From NCBI GenBank assembly GCA_965226185.1, contig CBDDCT010000007.1:173625-237624 (forward strand): a stretch of DNA of 64,000 nt. Direction: 5' to 3'. Shown here piece by piece: positions 20,957-31,288 of the stretch. How positions within the stretch are numbered: the stretch's first letter is position 1; the number at the start of each line of letters is the position of its first letter. The DNA comes from Bryobacterales bacterium. GTDB lineage: Bacteria > Acidobacteriota > Terriglobia > Bryobacterales > UBA6623. The translations under genes were made by a program, and so were the position numbers. A model generated the notes under the pieces. That model had not been told where the DNA came from and ran no database searches. It worked only from the letters and a program-made list of their open reading frames with translations.

Positions 20957-21811
20957 ATGGAAGATGAAGAGACCGGCGGTTTTATGGCGAACGTGAAAAT
21001 GTGCCCGAATTGCAGGGCCTTCATCGATCTCAAAAATAAGGTGTGCGAGTACTGCGGCGCCGAGGTCGGAGCGCGCAGATCGGCGCCGGCGGTTCCTTCT
21101 GCAATCAGCAGCCTTGTCCCGCAAGATAACTTCACAACGATCATCCTTTTGCTTGTGAACTTCGGGCTGTTCGTAGCGACATTGCTGATGACGATGAAGT
21201 CCGCCTCCGGCGGCGGCGGGTTGTTCGCCGGCATCGACATGCGGGTGCTGCGTCTTTTCGGCGCCAAGGACACCTTTTTCATCGTGCAGGGTGAATGGTG
21301 GAGGCTAGTGACGGCTGGGTTTTTGCACGCCGGAGTCTTTCACATCTTCATGAACTCATGGGTCCTGTTCGACCTCGGAATGATGGCCGAGCAGACGTTC
21401 GGGACCTCCCGGTTTCTGGTCATCTACTTCGTGTCGAGCGTCTTTGGTTTCATCGCCAGCATGTACTGGTCGCCCTACGCGATCTCCGTTGGCGCCTCCG
21501 CGGCGGTCTGCGGCCTCATTGGCGCCATGATCGCGCACGGCTACCGCAGCGGGAGTGGTTTCGGATCGTTCTACATCCGCTGGGCGGTGCTAATCATCGT
21601 GATTGGGATGATGCCAGGCTTCCACATTGACAACGCCGCCCACATTGGCGGGATGGCAGCCGGTTTCGTGATCGCTTATTTCGCCGGCACCCCGCGGCCT
21701 GACAGTGCCGGAGAGCCTCTGTGGACGGTCGCGGCCGGCGCATCGCTGGCGGTCGTCGCGGCGTCGTTCTATCTTGCCTATCAGTCGCTCAGCGCTACGC
21801 CGTACTTGTAG
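20957..21811 (+). CDS. rhomboid family intramembrane serine protease with N-terminal zinc ribbon
   Basis: CPNCRAF...CEYCGAE zinc ribbon. TM core with GASAAVCGLIGA (catalytic Ser) and AAHIGGMAAGF (His). Confidence 0.8.
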   Translation: MEDEETGGFMANVKMCPNCRAFIDLKNKVCEYCGAEVGARRSAPAVPSAISSLVPQDNFTTIILLLVNFGLFVATLLMTMKSASGGGGLFAGIDMRVLRLFGAKDTFFIVQGEWWRLVTAGFLHAGVFHIFMNSWVLFDLGMMAEQTFGTSRFLVIYFVSSVFGFIASMYWSPYAISVGASAAVCGLIGAMIAHGYRSGSGFGSFYIRWAVLIIVIGMMPGFHIDNAAHIGGMAAGFVIAYFAGTPRPDSAGEPLWTVAAGASLAVVAASFYLAYQSLSATPYL

Positions 21812-21836
21812 CTGATCTCCGGACCGCCACCGCATC

Positions 21837-22300
21837 TTGTTTCCTTGGAAAAAAGACGGCATAAGGCTGCCGCAACGGATCAAGAGCTGGTCGCTGACGA
21901 GCTTCGAGCAGCGACTGATGAAGACCGGCGGTCGGCTGCTCAAGCACGCCCGCTACTACTGGTTGCTGCTGGCCCAGGGGCGTCTGAAACGGCGGCTGTT
22001 CGGTGACATGCCGCACACGATCTGGGCGCTGCCGCTGCCGAGCGGGTAGCGTTGACCGGGCGAGGATCAACAGTTTTCGGCTCCAAAAAGGTTTCGCGGG
22101 GGGCAGTGTCGGCCAGAGCGCCCCTCAGCTGGCTCCATCAACGTCTGTGAACGGATGGACCAGCCCTGGCTCCTGCCGGCGGAGGTGATGTGCAGGATTC
22201 AGCGCGAAAAGAAGTGGTATTCGGGGCAGCGCGGCTGCATACTGTGACCGTGCCAGGGCCAAAATGGAAATCCTGGCTGAAAGCCCCGTGTCGCTGCCGA
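21837..22300 (+). mobile_element. IS1380-family type 2 remnant (3' end only): C-terminal 70 aa of the transposase plus the terminal sequence
   Basis: 21837..22049 encodes ...RIKSWSLTSFEQRLMKTGGRLLKHARYYWLLLAQGRLKRRLFGDM, the same C-terminus as ORFs 9207 and 29127. The 22050-22295 end sequence is the reverse complement of the 8975/28903 ends. Confidence 0.7.
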
Positions 22301-22399
22301 CTGGCGTTGACAAAGGCATTCTGATTAGGTGATCCGTATGCACTATCTAGTGAAGCCGCTGAAATAGTCGCTGATGCTTTTAGAGCAAATTCAGAGCTC

Positions 22400-23128
22400 T
22401 CATAGTCCATAGCCGCAGTGGCGGAAGCAAGCTTGAACGTGGTGCGGAGCAACGGTGGCGAGGGCGTCGGTGAGGCCTTGTTCGAGGGCGGAAAGCGTGC
22501 GGGCTTGGGCAGCCCGCAGGTGTTGCTTGATCTGGGCCCAGCACTGTTCGATGGGGTTGAAGTCGGGTGAGTAGGGCGGCAAGTAGAGCAACTCAGCGCC
22601 GCGTGATTCGATCTGCTCGCGCACCCCGGCGACCTTGTGCGCCGCCAGATTGTCCATCACCACGACATCGCCGGGTTGGAGTTGCGGAGCCAACACCCGC
22701 TCCAGATAAGTGAGGAAGATCTCGCTGTCGGTCGCCGCCTCGATGCTCATCGCGGCCAGCCATCCGGAAGACCGAATCGCCCCCAAGATGCTGAGTGTTC
22801 GCCAATGCCCCGCAGGCACGCCTTGGCGCACACGGCGGCCCCCAAGAGCACGTCCGCAGCGGCGGGTCATGCTGGTGGTGATGCCGCTTTCGTCCAGGAA
22901 AATCAACCGATCCGGGTCGATCCGGCTCACCTGTTCACGCCAGAGCGCGCGACGCCGCGCGACGGCGGCGACATCCTGCTCGGCGGCGTAGACCGACTTT
23001 TTTTTAAGCGCAGCCCCATCTCGCGCAACACACTCCACAGCCGTCCGATACTGGCCTTCAACCCCAATTCGCCGCGCAGCCGCGACTGCAACTGCTGCAA
23101 GGTCAGATCCGGCTGCTCCTCGATCCAC
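22400..23128 (-). CDS. IS630-family transposase ORFB (DDE). An A8 slippery site at 22998-23005 allows a -1 frameshift fusion to ORFA
   Basis: ...[46 protein letters not shown] block. TTTTTTTT on the plus strand at 22998-23005; the ORFA frame plus a -1 slip enters the ORFB frame. Confidence 0.8.
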   Translation of the reverse strand: MDRGAAGSDLAAVAVAAARRIGVEGQYRTAVECVARDGAALKKKSVYAAEQDVAAVARRRALWREQVSRIDPDRLIFLDESGITTSMTRRCGRALGGRRVRQGVPAGHWRTLSILGAIRSSGWLAAMSIEAATDSEIFLTYLERVLAPQLQPGDVVVMDNLAAHKVAGVREQIESRGAELLYLPPYSPDFNPIEQCWAQIKQHLRAAQARTLSALEQGLTDALATVAPHHVQACFRHCGYGL

Positions 23129-23352
23129 TCATACAGCCGCCGCCGTATTTCGTCGCTGAACTTGCTGCGGGGACCGCGCGGCCCTGACGGTGGCCGCACC
23201 CAGCTGCCGCTGCGGTAAAACGCCGCCGACACCTTCCTGGCCCAGCCCTCGCTGACGTGGAACCGCTGGGCCAACGCCGACAGGCTTCCGTCTCCCTGCT
23301 GATGCGCCTCGATCAATTTCTGACGCAGATCATCCGAGTAAGCTCTCGCCAT
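22927..23352 (-). CDS. IS630-family transposase ORFA (HTH), second distinct copy
   Basis: 141 aa, [41 protein letters not shown] (HTH). Ends in the A8-run region. Confidence 0.8.
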   Translation of the reverse strand: MARAYSDDLRQKLIEAHQQGDGSLSALAQRFHVSEGWARKVSAAFYRSGSWVRPPSGPRGPRSKFSDEIRRRLYEWIEEQPDLTLQQLQSRLRGELGLKASIGRLWSVLREMGLRLKKSRSTPPSRMSPPSRGVARSGVNR

Positions 23353-23383
23353 CGTCCTTGCGCCGAAGTTTCGCCAGTGCCGT

Positions 23384-23998
23384 TTATATTATAGTTGAAA
23401 CTGCTCTAATCAGTCCCATGGACGTTGGGAACTCAAGGATGGAAAGAACTTTGGAGGAGAGGTCCACAGTGCATACAGAGGCGCCATCCATTTCCAAGGA
23501 CAGATCCAGACGAGTATGCGCGAGTTTGCTTAGTTGCCGTTGAACTTCTTCATTACTGCCGGGCCTATCAAGCACGGCAAGCAGCTCTGCCCGGCCCCAA
23601 CGGAACAACTCATAGCGGGTCTCAATCACCTGATCAATTACTTGGCAGATTTGCAGCAGGATCTGATCACCACCCTTGCTGCCGTGTCGATCGTAAATCG
23701 ACTGAAGTCCCACCAAGATGATAGGCATTGCGAAAAGCCGCTGACCTGTGACATAGGAGGCCGTCAATCTCCGTTGGGCTGCCGCCCGGAGCGGAAGTCC
23801 AGTGGCCGCATCCTCCTCGGCCGTCGCAGGGCCGGCTCCAGCTTGCGGGTCGATCAATGGTACGTTGAGAGTGTTGAGTGAATTTTCGGTCTCCTCCTTT
23901 TGACGGCGGGTTTCCTCGCTAATGGCTGTGAGGCATTGTGACAGGTCCGCTTTGATCGCACCCAACTCATGAAGGGCCGATTCCAACCTTTGTCTCAA
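23384..23998 (-). CDS. degenerate GGDEF-like domain protein (RWGRAE in place of GGDEF/GGEEF)
   Basis: YDRHGSKGGDQILLQICQVI...ELFRWGRAELLAVL resembles a diguanylate cyclase core with a degenerate active site. The N-terminus is unclear. The C-terminus lies at the IS630 boundary. Confidence 0.35.
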   Translation of the reverse strand: MRQRLESALHELGAIKADLSQCLTAISEETRRQKEETENSLNTLNVPLIDPQAGAGPATAEEDAATGLPLRAAAQRRLTASYVTGQRLFAMPIILVGLQSIYDRHGSKGGDQILLQICQVIDQVIETRYELFRWGRAELLAVLDRPGSNEEVQRQLSKLAHTRLDLSLEMDGASVCTVDLSSKVLSILEFPTSMGLIRAVSTII

Positions 23999-25022
23999 CC
24001 GCCTTTAAGGCGTTGAGCCTGGCATCTTCGGCCGGCGAAATCTTTGAGACTGTGTCCGTAAGCATCTAGACCATGCCGTTGACCTGCTGGTGTCGCCTGT
24101 GCAAATACTCGGACGTTCTCCGGCAACAGCACCGCAAGGAACGGAGGGCGTTGTTCCCGGCGCCCACCAAGGACTCGATGAGCGGACAGTCCCGGCACGT
24201 CTCTTCGATCGTCTTAATCTCTGACTGAAAGTTTGCCTAGCCGGCTGGATCTCCTTTTACCGCATCCACCCGCATCCCTTCGAGAAATGCCGCTACCGGT
24301 TTGACTAAATCGCTGGTTACGCCGCTCTGTTTGGAAGACCAACACTGTCGATTAGATTGGCGCACGAACCTCTCAATTTTCTTATCGGGTCAGCTTTCGA
24401 CAGTCTGAACGAGGGTATATTTCATGGGGTCCCGAGGGGCTATTGCGCACGCCCGGCGGCAGGAGGCCATCGGCCAGCTTGCATCCGCACAGCCGTCATA
24501 CATGCCATCGAGGGGGAGAAAGATGGCAAGACGGCGAAGATGTCAGGGGGTTCGGGGACGGGGAAGTGTGAAAGAATCGGGGACTGCCACAAGCGGCAAG
24601 TCCCAAGTCCTTGTTTATCAGTAAACCATTTGGCCGCGGCTGGCTGTCCAGCATTTTTTCACACCTTCCTGTCCCCTTTTTTCGCGTCCTCGGACTTGCA
24701 CCACGGGCTGCTCGCGCCTTCTGGTGCACGTGGGAGGCTTCAATCGCGGCTCCGCATCCGAGCGGCCAGCGTCCGGTTCACCGGTGGTTGCGGGAGCAAC
24801 CAGCGATGCCAGTGCCTGGTTCGTCGCAAAGTACTCTCAAGCTCTGCTACACGAATGCTGCGATAGGTCCCGCTTGTCGGACAGGCTTGAACCAGCCGCC
24901 TGGATCAGCCCTACGCCGTCAGAACTAAGCCGCTCGCGCGGCGGACGCTACGCGTGAGGGGTTCATCAGCATTGGCGGGACGCTGGGAGTAAGGTTGGGA
25001 CACCAACGAAGGAGGTGTCCCA

Positions 25023-25919
25023 ATGACCCAATTACGCAGGAAGATGCTGGAGGAACTCCAGCGTCGCAACTACGCTCAGACCACGATCAAGAACTGCCTC
25101 GGCACCGTCGAGAGCTTCGCCAAGCACTTCGGCCGTCCGCCGGATCAGCTCGGCCTGGACGAGATCCGGACCTACCAGGTGTACTTGCTGAAGGCAAGGA
25201 AGATGGGCGTCCGCACCGTCGGCCTCCACACAGCAGGCCTGCGGTTCTTCTTCTGCAAAACGTTAAGGCGGAACTATCCAGTCGAGGAGTTCCCCTACCC
25301 GAAGAAGCCGCGAGAGCTGCCGATCATCCTGACCCAACAAGAAGCGGTGCGGCTGATCGAGTCGGCCAGCAACCTGTTTCATCGCGCCATGCTGATGACG
25401 CTCTACTCGACCGGGATGCGGCGGGCGGAGCTGTGCAACCTGAAAGTGGAGAACATCGACAGCGAGCGCATGCTCGTCCACATCCGTCACGGCAAAGGAG
25501 GCCGCGATCGGTCTGTCCCGTTGAGCCCGAAACTGCTCGATACGCTACGCGAGTACTACCGCTGGATGAAGCCCAAGACGTATCTGTTTCCCGGCACGAT
25601 CAGGAACTGGCGAGTCGACAAGCCGATCACCCCCAAGGTGCTGTGGCTAGCGTGCCGGGAAGCGGCCGAACGAGCGGGGATCGACAAACCCGTTCGGCCT
25701 CATTTGCTGCGGCACAGCTTCGCCACACATCTGCTCGAACAGGGCGCCGATCTGCCAACGCTACAAGCGCTCCTTGCTCACGCCGAGCTGAAGGCGACGT
25801 CGATCTATCTGCATCTATCCGAGCGCCATCTCAAGGCGGCCGGCACGCCGATCGACCAAGCGGAGTTCTCCAGCCCTGACAGAGTCAAGCGATCCAAGAA
25901 GCTACATAAGAAGAAGTGA
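25023..25919 (+). CDS. tyrosine recombinase (phage-integrase family), first ORF of an IS91-like element
   Basis: Core-binding-like N-terminus. Catalytic box HLLRHSFATHLLEQGADLPTLQALLAHAELKATSIYLH. Overlaps the next ORF by ATGA. Confidence 0.85.
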   Translation: MTQLRRKMLEELQRRNYAQTTIKNCLGTVESFAKHFGRPPDQLGLDEIRTYQVYLLKARKMGVRTVGLHTAGLRFFFCKTLRRNYPVEEFPYPKKPRELPIILTQQEAVRLIESASNLFHRAMLMTLYSTGMRRAELCNLKVENIDSERMLVHIRHGKGGRDRSVPLSPKLLDTLREYYRWMKPKTYLFPGTIRNWRVDKPITPKVLWLACREAAERAGIDKPVRPHLLRHSFATHLLEQGADLPTLQALLAHAELKATSIYLHLSERHLKAAGTPIDQAEFSSPDRVKRSKKLHKKK

Positions 25920-27094
25920 AACGGCCGCCACTCGAGGTGGCCGATATCATTCGCGCGGCAGGCGAAGACTTCATCCGTCAACATCGATCGCGGCTGAACG
26001 GGCTGCACTTGAAAGTGCTCTCAGCCATCGAACGCTGTCGTACGGCGGCGCTGGGCGGACATCGCGACCGCTGCACTCGCTGTGGCTTCACCGCGGCCAT
26101 CTCGTATAACTCATGCCGCAACCGCCATTGCCCCAAGTGCCAGACCGGCGCGCGGGACAAATGGCTCGCCGCTCGTGAGAAAGAGCTGCTGCCGGTTTCC
26201 TACGTGCATGTGGTCTTCACTGTTCCGCGGCAGCTGGCGGAGTTGATGTTCCACAACAAGCGACTTCTCTATGGCCTGTTGTTCCGTGCCAGTGCGGACA
26301 GCCTTTTGGAAATCGCCGCTGATCCCAAGCACCTCGGCGCCCAGATCGGCTTCCTCAGCGTGCTGCATAGCTGGGGACAGAATCTGATGCACCATCCACA
26401 CCTCCACTGTGTGATTCCGGCGGGTGGTCTCTCGCCCGATCACAAAGCCTGGGTTCGTCCACGGTATCGATTCTTTCTGCCGGTGAAGGCGCTCAGCCGC
26501 GTCTTTCGCGGCAAGTTCGTCGCCGCTCTCAAGCGCGCTTATCGCAATGGCGAACTCTGTCTTCCCGGCGCGCTGAAGCCCTTGACGCAGCAGAAGGCCT
26601 TCCGCGCGTTTGTGCGATCGCTGTTCCGCCAAGACTGGGTCGTTTACGCCAAGCCTCCCTTCGGCGGGCCGCGGTATGTCCTCAACTACTTAGCCCGCTA
26701 CACCCACCGGGTCGCGATCTCCAATCATCGCTTGGTTGCTTTCGCCCAAGGCAAGGTCACCTTTCGCTGGAAAGACTACGCCCGCGGCAGCAAGCGACGG
26801 CTGATGACGCTCACGGCCGAAGAGTTCCTTCGGAGGTTCCTGCAGCACGTGCTGCCGCGCGGCTTCATTCGTATCCGCTTCTTCGGCTTCCTCGCCGCCC
26901 GCAAACGTGGGGCGTTGTTGCCGCTATGTCAACAACTACTGGAAACCAACCAAGCGACGACAGCCAAACCCTCGGCGTCCGGCCCGACTTGCCTTCCAGC
27001 CACTTGGACGTGTCCAAGCTGTGGCGGTGCGATGGTCGTGGTCGAGCGACTCGACGCCTGGCAGCTGGAGCAGGAGTACTTTGACACGTCCTAA
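25916..27094 (+). CDS. IS91-family (HUH/Y2 rolling-circle) transposase
   Basis: Zn-finger CTRCGF...CRNRHCPKCQ, HUH-like HPHLHCVIPAGG, and YLARYTHRVAISNHRL tyrosine motif region. Confidence 0.8.
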   Translation: MKRPPLEVADIIRAAGEDFIRQHRSRLNGLHLKVLSAIERCRTAALGGHRDRCTRCGFTAAISYNSCRNRHCPKCQTGARDKWLAAREKELLPVSYVHVVFTVPRQLAELMFHNKRLLYGLLFRASADSLLEIAADPKHLGAQIGFLSVLHSWGQNLMHHPHLHCVIPAGGLSPDHKAWVRPRYRFFLPVKALSRVFRGKFVAALKRAYRNGELCLPGALKPLTQQKAFRAFVRSLFRQDWVVYAKPPFGGPRYVLNYLARYTHRVAISNHRLVAFAQGKVTFRWKDYARGSKRRLMTLTAEEFLRRFLQHVLPRGFIRIRFFGFLAARKRGALLPLCQQLLETNQATTAKPSASGPTCLPATWTCPSCGGAMVVVERLDAWQLEQEYFDTS

Positions 27095-27656
27095 CTCCAC
27101 CCAACTGCCGGTCACGCCAGCGTGTCCTTCGACGCGCGCGCCGGGAGTGCGTCTGCCACTCGGATCCGAGCGCCGAACCTGCCGGAATCTCCGCCAAACA
27201 GCACTCTTGCGAGCCTCGGCCACCGCCAGCAACGCGGCGTTCCAGCTCGTCCGTCGGTCTTGCCAACTCCAAACGCCTGCCCCGAGGCCAAGAAACTCGA
27301 TTCAAATCCCATAGCTTGGACGCAGACTGAACGCGTCCGCCGCCCCAGCGGCTTCCTTCAAACGCCCTTATCCAAAGCAACCCGGCGATCACGATCGTCG
27401 ACCTTGCTCGCAGCTTGTCCCGCCGGGTTCCTCCAGATAAGGTCCTAACGTTAGTGGGGATCTATGTGATATAGTTGCCGTATTTCCGGCGGTAGCGCGA
27501 GACCCACCCCCACCGCAGATTGTCCGTCGCCATTGGGATAGGAGGGGAGAAGGTGTACCCTGTGCGAGCCGGAGGTGCTAGAACAGTCTGATCTACGACA
27601 CAGCACGCCTGTGCGGAGGACTCTGGACGAGAATCCTGCGATGGAGGTCCCGCGAA

Positions 27657-28898
27657 GTGGCTGATACGGGTAAATACTTGGAATCCCTGTACAAGCTGCT
27701 TGGTTCTGAAGTTCAGTTGGACGACACCATGAGAGCCTTGAGCTTCGCGGTAAGGGCACTGCGCCCCCCCGTGGTCGGCGCCCTCCAGGTGACTTGCTCG
27801 GATGAGTCCGAAAAGGAGTGCTGCGATGCGTTTCAACGCCGATTCGTTCAGCAGTTCCTACCGAGCCTCAAGTTCGGCGGTCATTTCCCCTTTCGCACAG
27901 CAAACCTTGGTGGTCGTTACGAATGGGGTTCCATCCGAATCGCTGAGAACCATTTTGCTGCTCAGCCGAAGAAGAACGCGTTCAAGGTAATGGTGGTCAA
28001 GATTAATGCGCATGTATCCGTCGTCAAAGGTACTGACGGTCCTGTGTACGGCGAAATGGAACGTTATCAGCAGGCATCACAGTTTTGCGGCACACTTCAA
28101 GCCATGCTCGAAGGCGCCGATCAACCTTTCCGCGACGAAATGTATGCCACGTTTCATTCTGACGGAAAGGACCTGCTGAAGATTATCCTTAACCCCGAAC
28201 AGGTGGACTCCCGTGTAAGGAATCTTTACGCCGCGGCACTCAGCGCCCGGCTGCAGGCCCGTAAAGCCGTCATCGATATTCAGTCCTACGAGGTTCCGCA
28301 CCCTACCATCTATCTCGTGCTCGCATGTTCTACGCTCAACCGCCAGCCGGGGAGCGACACGGAGGTTGTCTGCGGTGTATACGCAGCCGATTTCCTCTCG
28401 AAACCACCAGTTGTTAGCTACCGAGGGCTAGGCGACGACCCGGCGGAATATCGCCTCGAAGATGGTCTGCATCGACTCCAGATTCGAGATGGTGAAGTGC
28501 ACACCTCACGGGATGCGCGGGATCACCGTCAACTCGTCTTAACGGAATGGAGAAAGCACGGGAAGAACCCCTTCCGCAAAGACGCTCGCATCGAGTCGCT
28601 CCGAGCTCGGGTCGTGAAAGACAAACATCGCCTGCACCCTTACGCGCCAGCTATTTTGAAGAGCCTGTTGGCAGTGCTGTTGGAACTATCTCCAATACCT
28701 GCCGCGGTCCTGCTCTTCAGCCAAGGCATGATTGAGATTCACCACGTCTACCGTCTCCATAAAATCTCTCGGGAAGTGGGCGACGATGAGGATACCAGAC
28801 AGATTCTTGCCGACTTCCACAGAAGGGTCGAGTCGCTACCTCCAGAGAGAGCCCAGAAGATCATTGAAGTTCTGCTTCACGAGTACAGTAAGATATGA
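27657..28898 (+). CDS. hypothetical protein, 413 aa, no recognisable domain (orphan between IS91-like and IS1380-like elements)
   Basis: Long ORF with good coding character. The Cys cluster CSDESEKECC and ...SQFCGT are the only notable motifs. Confidence 0.6.
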   Translation: MADTGKYLESLYKLLGSEVQLDDTMRALSFAVRALRPPVVGALQVTCSDESEKECCDAFQRRFVQQFLPSLKFGGHFPFRTANLGGRYEWGSIRIAENHFAAQPKKNAFKVMVVKINAHVSVVKGTDGPVYGEMERYQQASQFCGTLQAMLEGADQPFRDEMYATFHSDGKDLLKIILNPEQVDSRVRNLYAAALSARLQARKAVIDIQSYEVPHPTIYLVLACSTLNRQPGSDTEVVCGVYAADFLSKPPVVSYRGLGDDPAEYRLEDGLHRLQIRDGEVHTSRDARDHRQLVLTEWRKHGKNPFRKDARIESLRARVVKDKHRLHPYAPAILKSLLAVLLELSPIPAAVLLFSQGMIEIHHVYRLHKISREVGDDEDTRQILADFHRRVESLPPERAQKIIEVLLHEYSKI

Positions 28899-28902
28899 AC
28901 CA

Positions 28903-30466
28903 GGATTTCCATTTTGACCCTGGTACGGCGACAGTATACACCCGCGCTGCCCCGAATACCACGTCTTTCCGCGCTGAACCCTGCACATCACCTCCGCCGC
29001 TAGGCGCCAGGGCTCATCCATCCGCTCACAGACGTTGATTGAGCGGGCTGAACGGCGCTCCGGCCGACACTGCTCCTTGAAAAACTTTTTTGGAGCCGAA
29101 AACTGTTGATCCTCGCCCGGTCAACGCTACCCGCTCGGCAGCGGCAGCGCCCAGATCCTGTGCAGCATGTCAGCGAACAGCCGCCGGTTCAGATGCCCCT
29201 CGGCCAGCAGCAGCCAATAATACCGGGCGTGCTTGACCAGCCGACCGCCGGTCTTCATCAGCCGCTGTTGCAAGCTCGTCAGCGACCAGCTCTTGATCCT
29301 GTGCGGCAGCCCAAGCCGCCGCCACAAGTTGCCCAGGTTGTAGGCCAGCACGCTCAGTTGCAGTCGCACTTCGTTGGCCCGGAAGCGATGGCACGAAAGC
29401 CGCGTCCAGTGCGTGGCCTGTTTGCCTTCTTTGATCCACTGCTCGGCCGTGCCGCGCTTGTTGTAGAAGCGCACTACCGACCGGCTTGGCAAGCTCATGT
29501 TGGTCACGATAAATCCGACCCGCGGGAACAGCTCACCGAGATGATGCTCGACCTTGGCCACAATGCGTCGCGGCTTCGACCAACTCTGCGCCTGATAGCG
29601 GAAGCTCTTGTAGCGCACCAAGGGCTTGCGACCCGGCCTGCCCGGCGGGCGAAACAAGATGTCTTCGATCGCTAATTCCAAGCTCTTGTTGGCCGGAATG
29701 CGAATGGCGTACTGCACTCCGCGTTCCTCCGAAAACTCATAAATCTCCGGCTTGGCAAAGGCCGCATCGCCCCGGAAGGTGACCTGTTTGCCCGCAGCCT
29801 GTTGGCGCTCGATCTCGGGCAGCAGCAACTCGTTCCAGTCCTCAGCGCTGTGCACGTTGCCGGGACGCAGCTTGGCGGCCAGACAATCGCCGTGCTGGTT
29901 GAACAACAACAACGGGTGGTAGCAGACCGACTCGAAATGGCCGTTGTAGGCACTGCCCTCTTGCTGGCCGTGGACAGGGCTTTCGGTCGAATCCATGTCG
30001 AGAACGACGCGCTCGGAGTCGTCTTGCGTCTCGGCTTGCGCCACCAGCTCGCGGTTCACAGCCATCAGCCCCAGCAAGTTCTCCTCGCTCGCCAGCATCT
30101 CCGTCTCGAAGCTCTGCAGTCGCGAGGTCAGTGCCCCGCCGCGATCCCAGTTCTTCTGCGAGCCGATCAAGCGAAAGGTCGGATCGGCGGATACTCGCAC
30201 GGCGTCATTGAGGTCCTCGTAGCCGGCCAGCCGAGAGTAGACTGACTGCCGCAGCAGATCGGCGAACGGGAACTTTTTGTTCGAGCCTTGCCGTGGGTCA
30301 CTGAGATGTTCGTCGATCAGCTTCCCGAGCCCGAGTCGCTCGTCCAGCTCGCGGACGAGAATGAGCCCGCCATCGGAAGTGACGCGCGATCCTTGGAAAT
30401 CGACTTTCAATAAGCCGTTGAAGCTTAGCTGGAACGGCTTGTTTTCTTTTTCACCCATTGGGTGTT
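28903..30466 (-). mobile_element. IS1380-family element type 2, copy B (intact)
   Basis: Intact 443-aa transposase 29127..30458. The ends are shared with copy A and the remnant at 22050-22295. Confidence 0.75.
29127..30458 (-). CDS. IS1380-family DDE transposase (intact)
   Basis: YNGHFESVCYHPLLLFNQHGD, FRGDAAFAKPEIYE, FYNKRGTAEQWIKEGK, LQLSVLAYNLGNLW signature blocks. Confidence 0.8.
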   Translation of the reverse strand: MGEKENKPFQLSFNGLLKVDFQGSRVTSDGGLILVRELDERLGLGKLIDEHLSDPRQGSNKKFPFADLLRQSVYSRLAGYEDLNDAVRVSADPTFRLIGSQKNWDRGGALTSRLQSFETEMLASEENLLGLMAVNRELVAQAETQDDSERVVLDMDSTESPVHGQQEGSAYNGHFESVCYHPLLLFNQHGDCLAAKLRPGNVHSAEDWNELLLPEIERQQAAGKQVTFRGDAAFAKPEIYEFSEERGVQYAIRIPANKSLELAIEDILFRPPGRPGRKPLVRYKSFRYQAQSWSKPRRIVAKVEHHLGELFPRVGFIVTNMSLPSRSVVRFYNKRGTAEQWIKEGKQATHWTRLSCHRFRANEVRLQLSVLAYNLGNLWRRLGLPHRIKSWSLTSLQQRLMKTGGRLVKHARYYWLLLAEGHLNRRLFADMLHRIWALPLPSG

Positions 30467-30697
30467 GATCTCCTCAGCGCCTTGATTGCTTTTCAACCCG
30501 CATAAATAAAGGCGTCCGAGGTCACCCGATGGTTAGCAGAACCGAAACTAAAGTGGAAATCCGGGATGAACTGTTTGGAAGGCGGATCATACCCGAAAGC
30601 CTCGCGATGAGCCACCGTGGTCTGATCTTCGGTTTGCGTGTCTGGTCCGTATTTGAATATGGCCAGATTAACTAGAACCTTTCAGAGGAACTGACTG

Positions 30698-31261
30698 ATG
30701 GAATGGCTAACCAACCTCACCTTTGAATTGCTGCTCTTTTATACGATCGCAGTCGTAGCATCACTCATTCTACTTATACAGCTCGCAGCAATGGCGTTGG
30801 GTCTTGGCGATGATTTGGACGTCGATATGGACGATTTGGATCATCCGAGCGGCCTTAGCATCCTCTCCGTCCGCTCGATCACGGGCTTCTTCGGAGGCTT
30901 CGGATGGACTGGCGTGATCGCACTCGAAAAGGGCTTGTCCGTGCTTGCAGCCACCGGACTAGGGGCAGTCGTGGGTTTCGTACTCATGCTCTCTGTGGCC
31001 TACGTCATGAAGGCGCTCTATTCGCTGGGAGAAAGTGGAACCATCGATTTACGGAATGCGATTGGGCAGATCGGCACTGTCTATTTGCCCATACCGCCTA
31101 ACCAATCTGGACCGGGACGGGTACGCATCATGATTCAAGGACGTCTGAAGGTGATACTCGCCTACACGAAAACGAGCGAAAAGATCCTTAGTGAGAAAAA
31201 GGTGAAGGTCTCAGCTCTATTAGATCAACGTATTGGTCGAGCCTTTGGGCTTAGAAACTGA
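30698..31261 (+). CDS. NfeD-like membrane protein (YqiJ/YuaF-type, TM helices + C-terminal OB beta-barrel)
   Basis: Two hydrophobic segments followed by GTVYLPIPPNQSGPGRVRIMIQGRLKVILAYT. Directly precedes the flotillin gene. Confidence 0.65.
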   Translation: MEWLTNLTFELLLFYTIAVVASLILLIQLAAMALGLGDDLDVDMDDLDHPSGLSILSVRSITGFFGGFGWTGVIALEKGLSVLAATGLGAVVGFVLMLSVAYVMKALYSLGESGTIDLRNAIGQIGTVYLPIPPNQSGPGRVRIMIQGRLKVILAYTKTSEKILSEKKVKVSALLDQRIGRAFGLRN

Positions 31262-31288
31262 GCGAGAAAGGGAGGCGCAGAATACAAC

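Larger units (their letters stand above)
24990..27110 (+). mobile_element. IS91-family element carrying integrase + transposase (ends not defined)
   Basis: Two co-oriented, overlapping ORFs. IS91-family elements lack IRs, so the ends cannot be set by eye. Confidence 0.5.

Noticed and set aside
27657-28898. Possible LCIB / beta-carbonic-anhydrase-like fold for the 413-aa orphan, suggested by Cys...His...Cys-Gly spacing.
   Set aside because: I cannot match the CxDxR / HxxCG motifs convincingly. Left as hypothetical.
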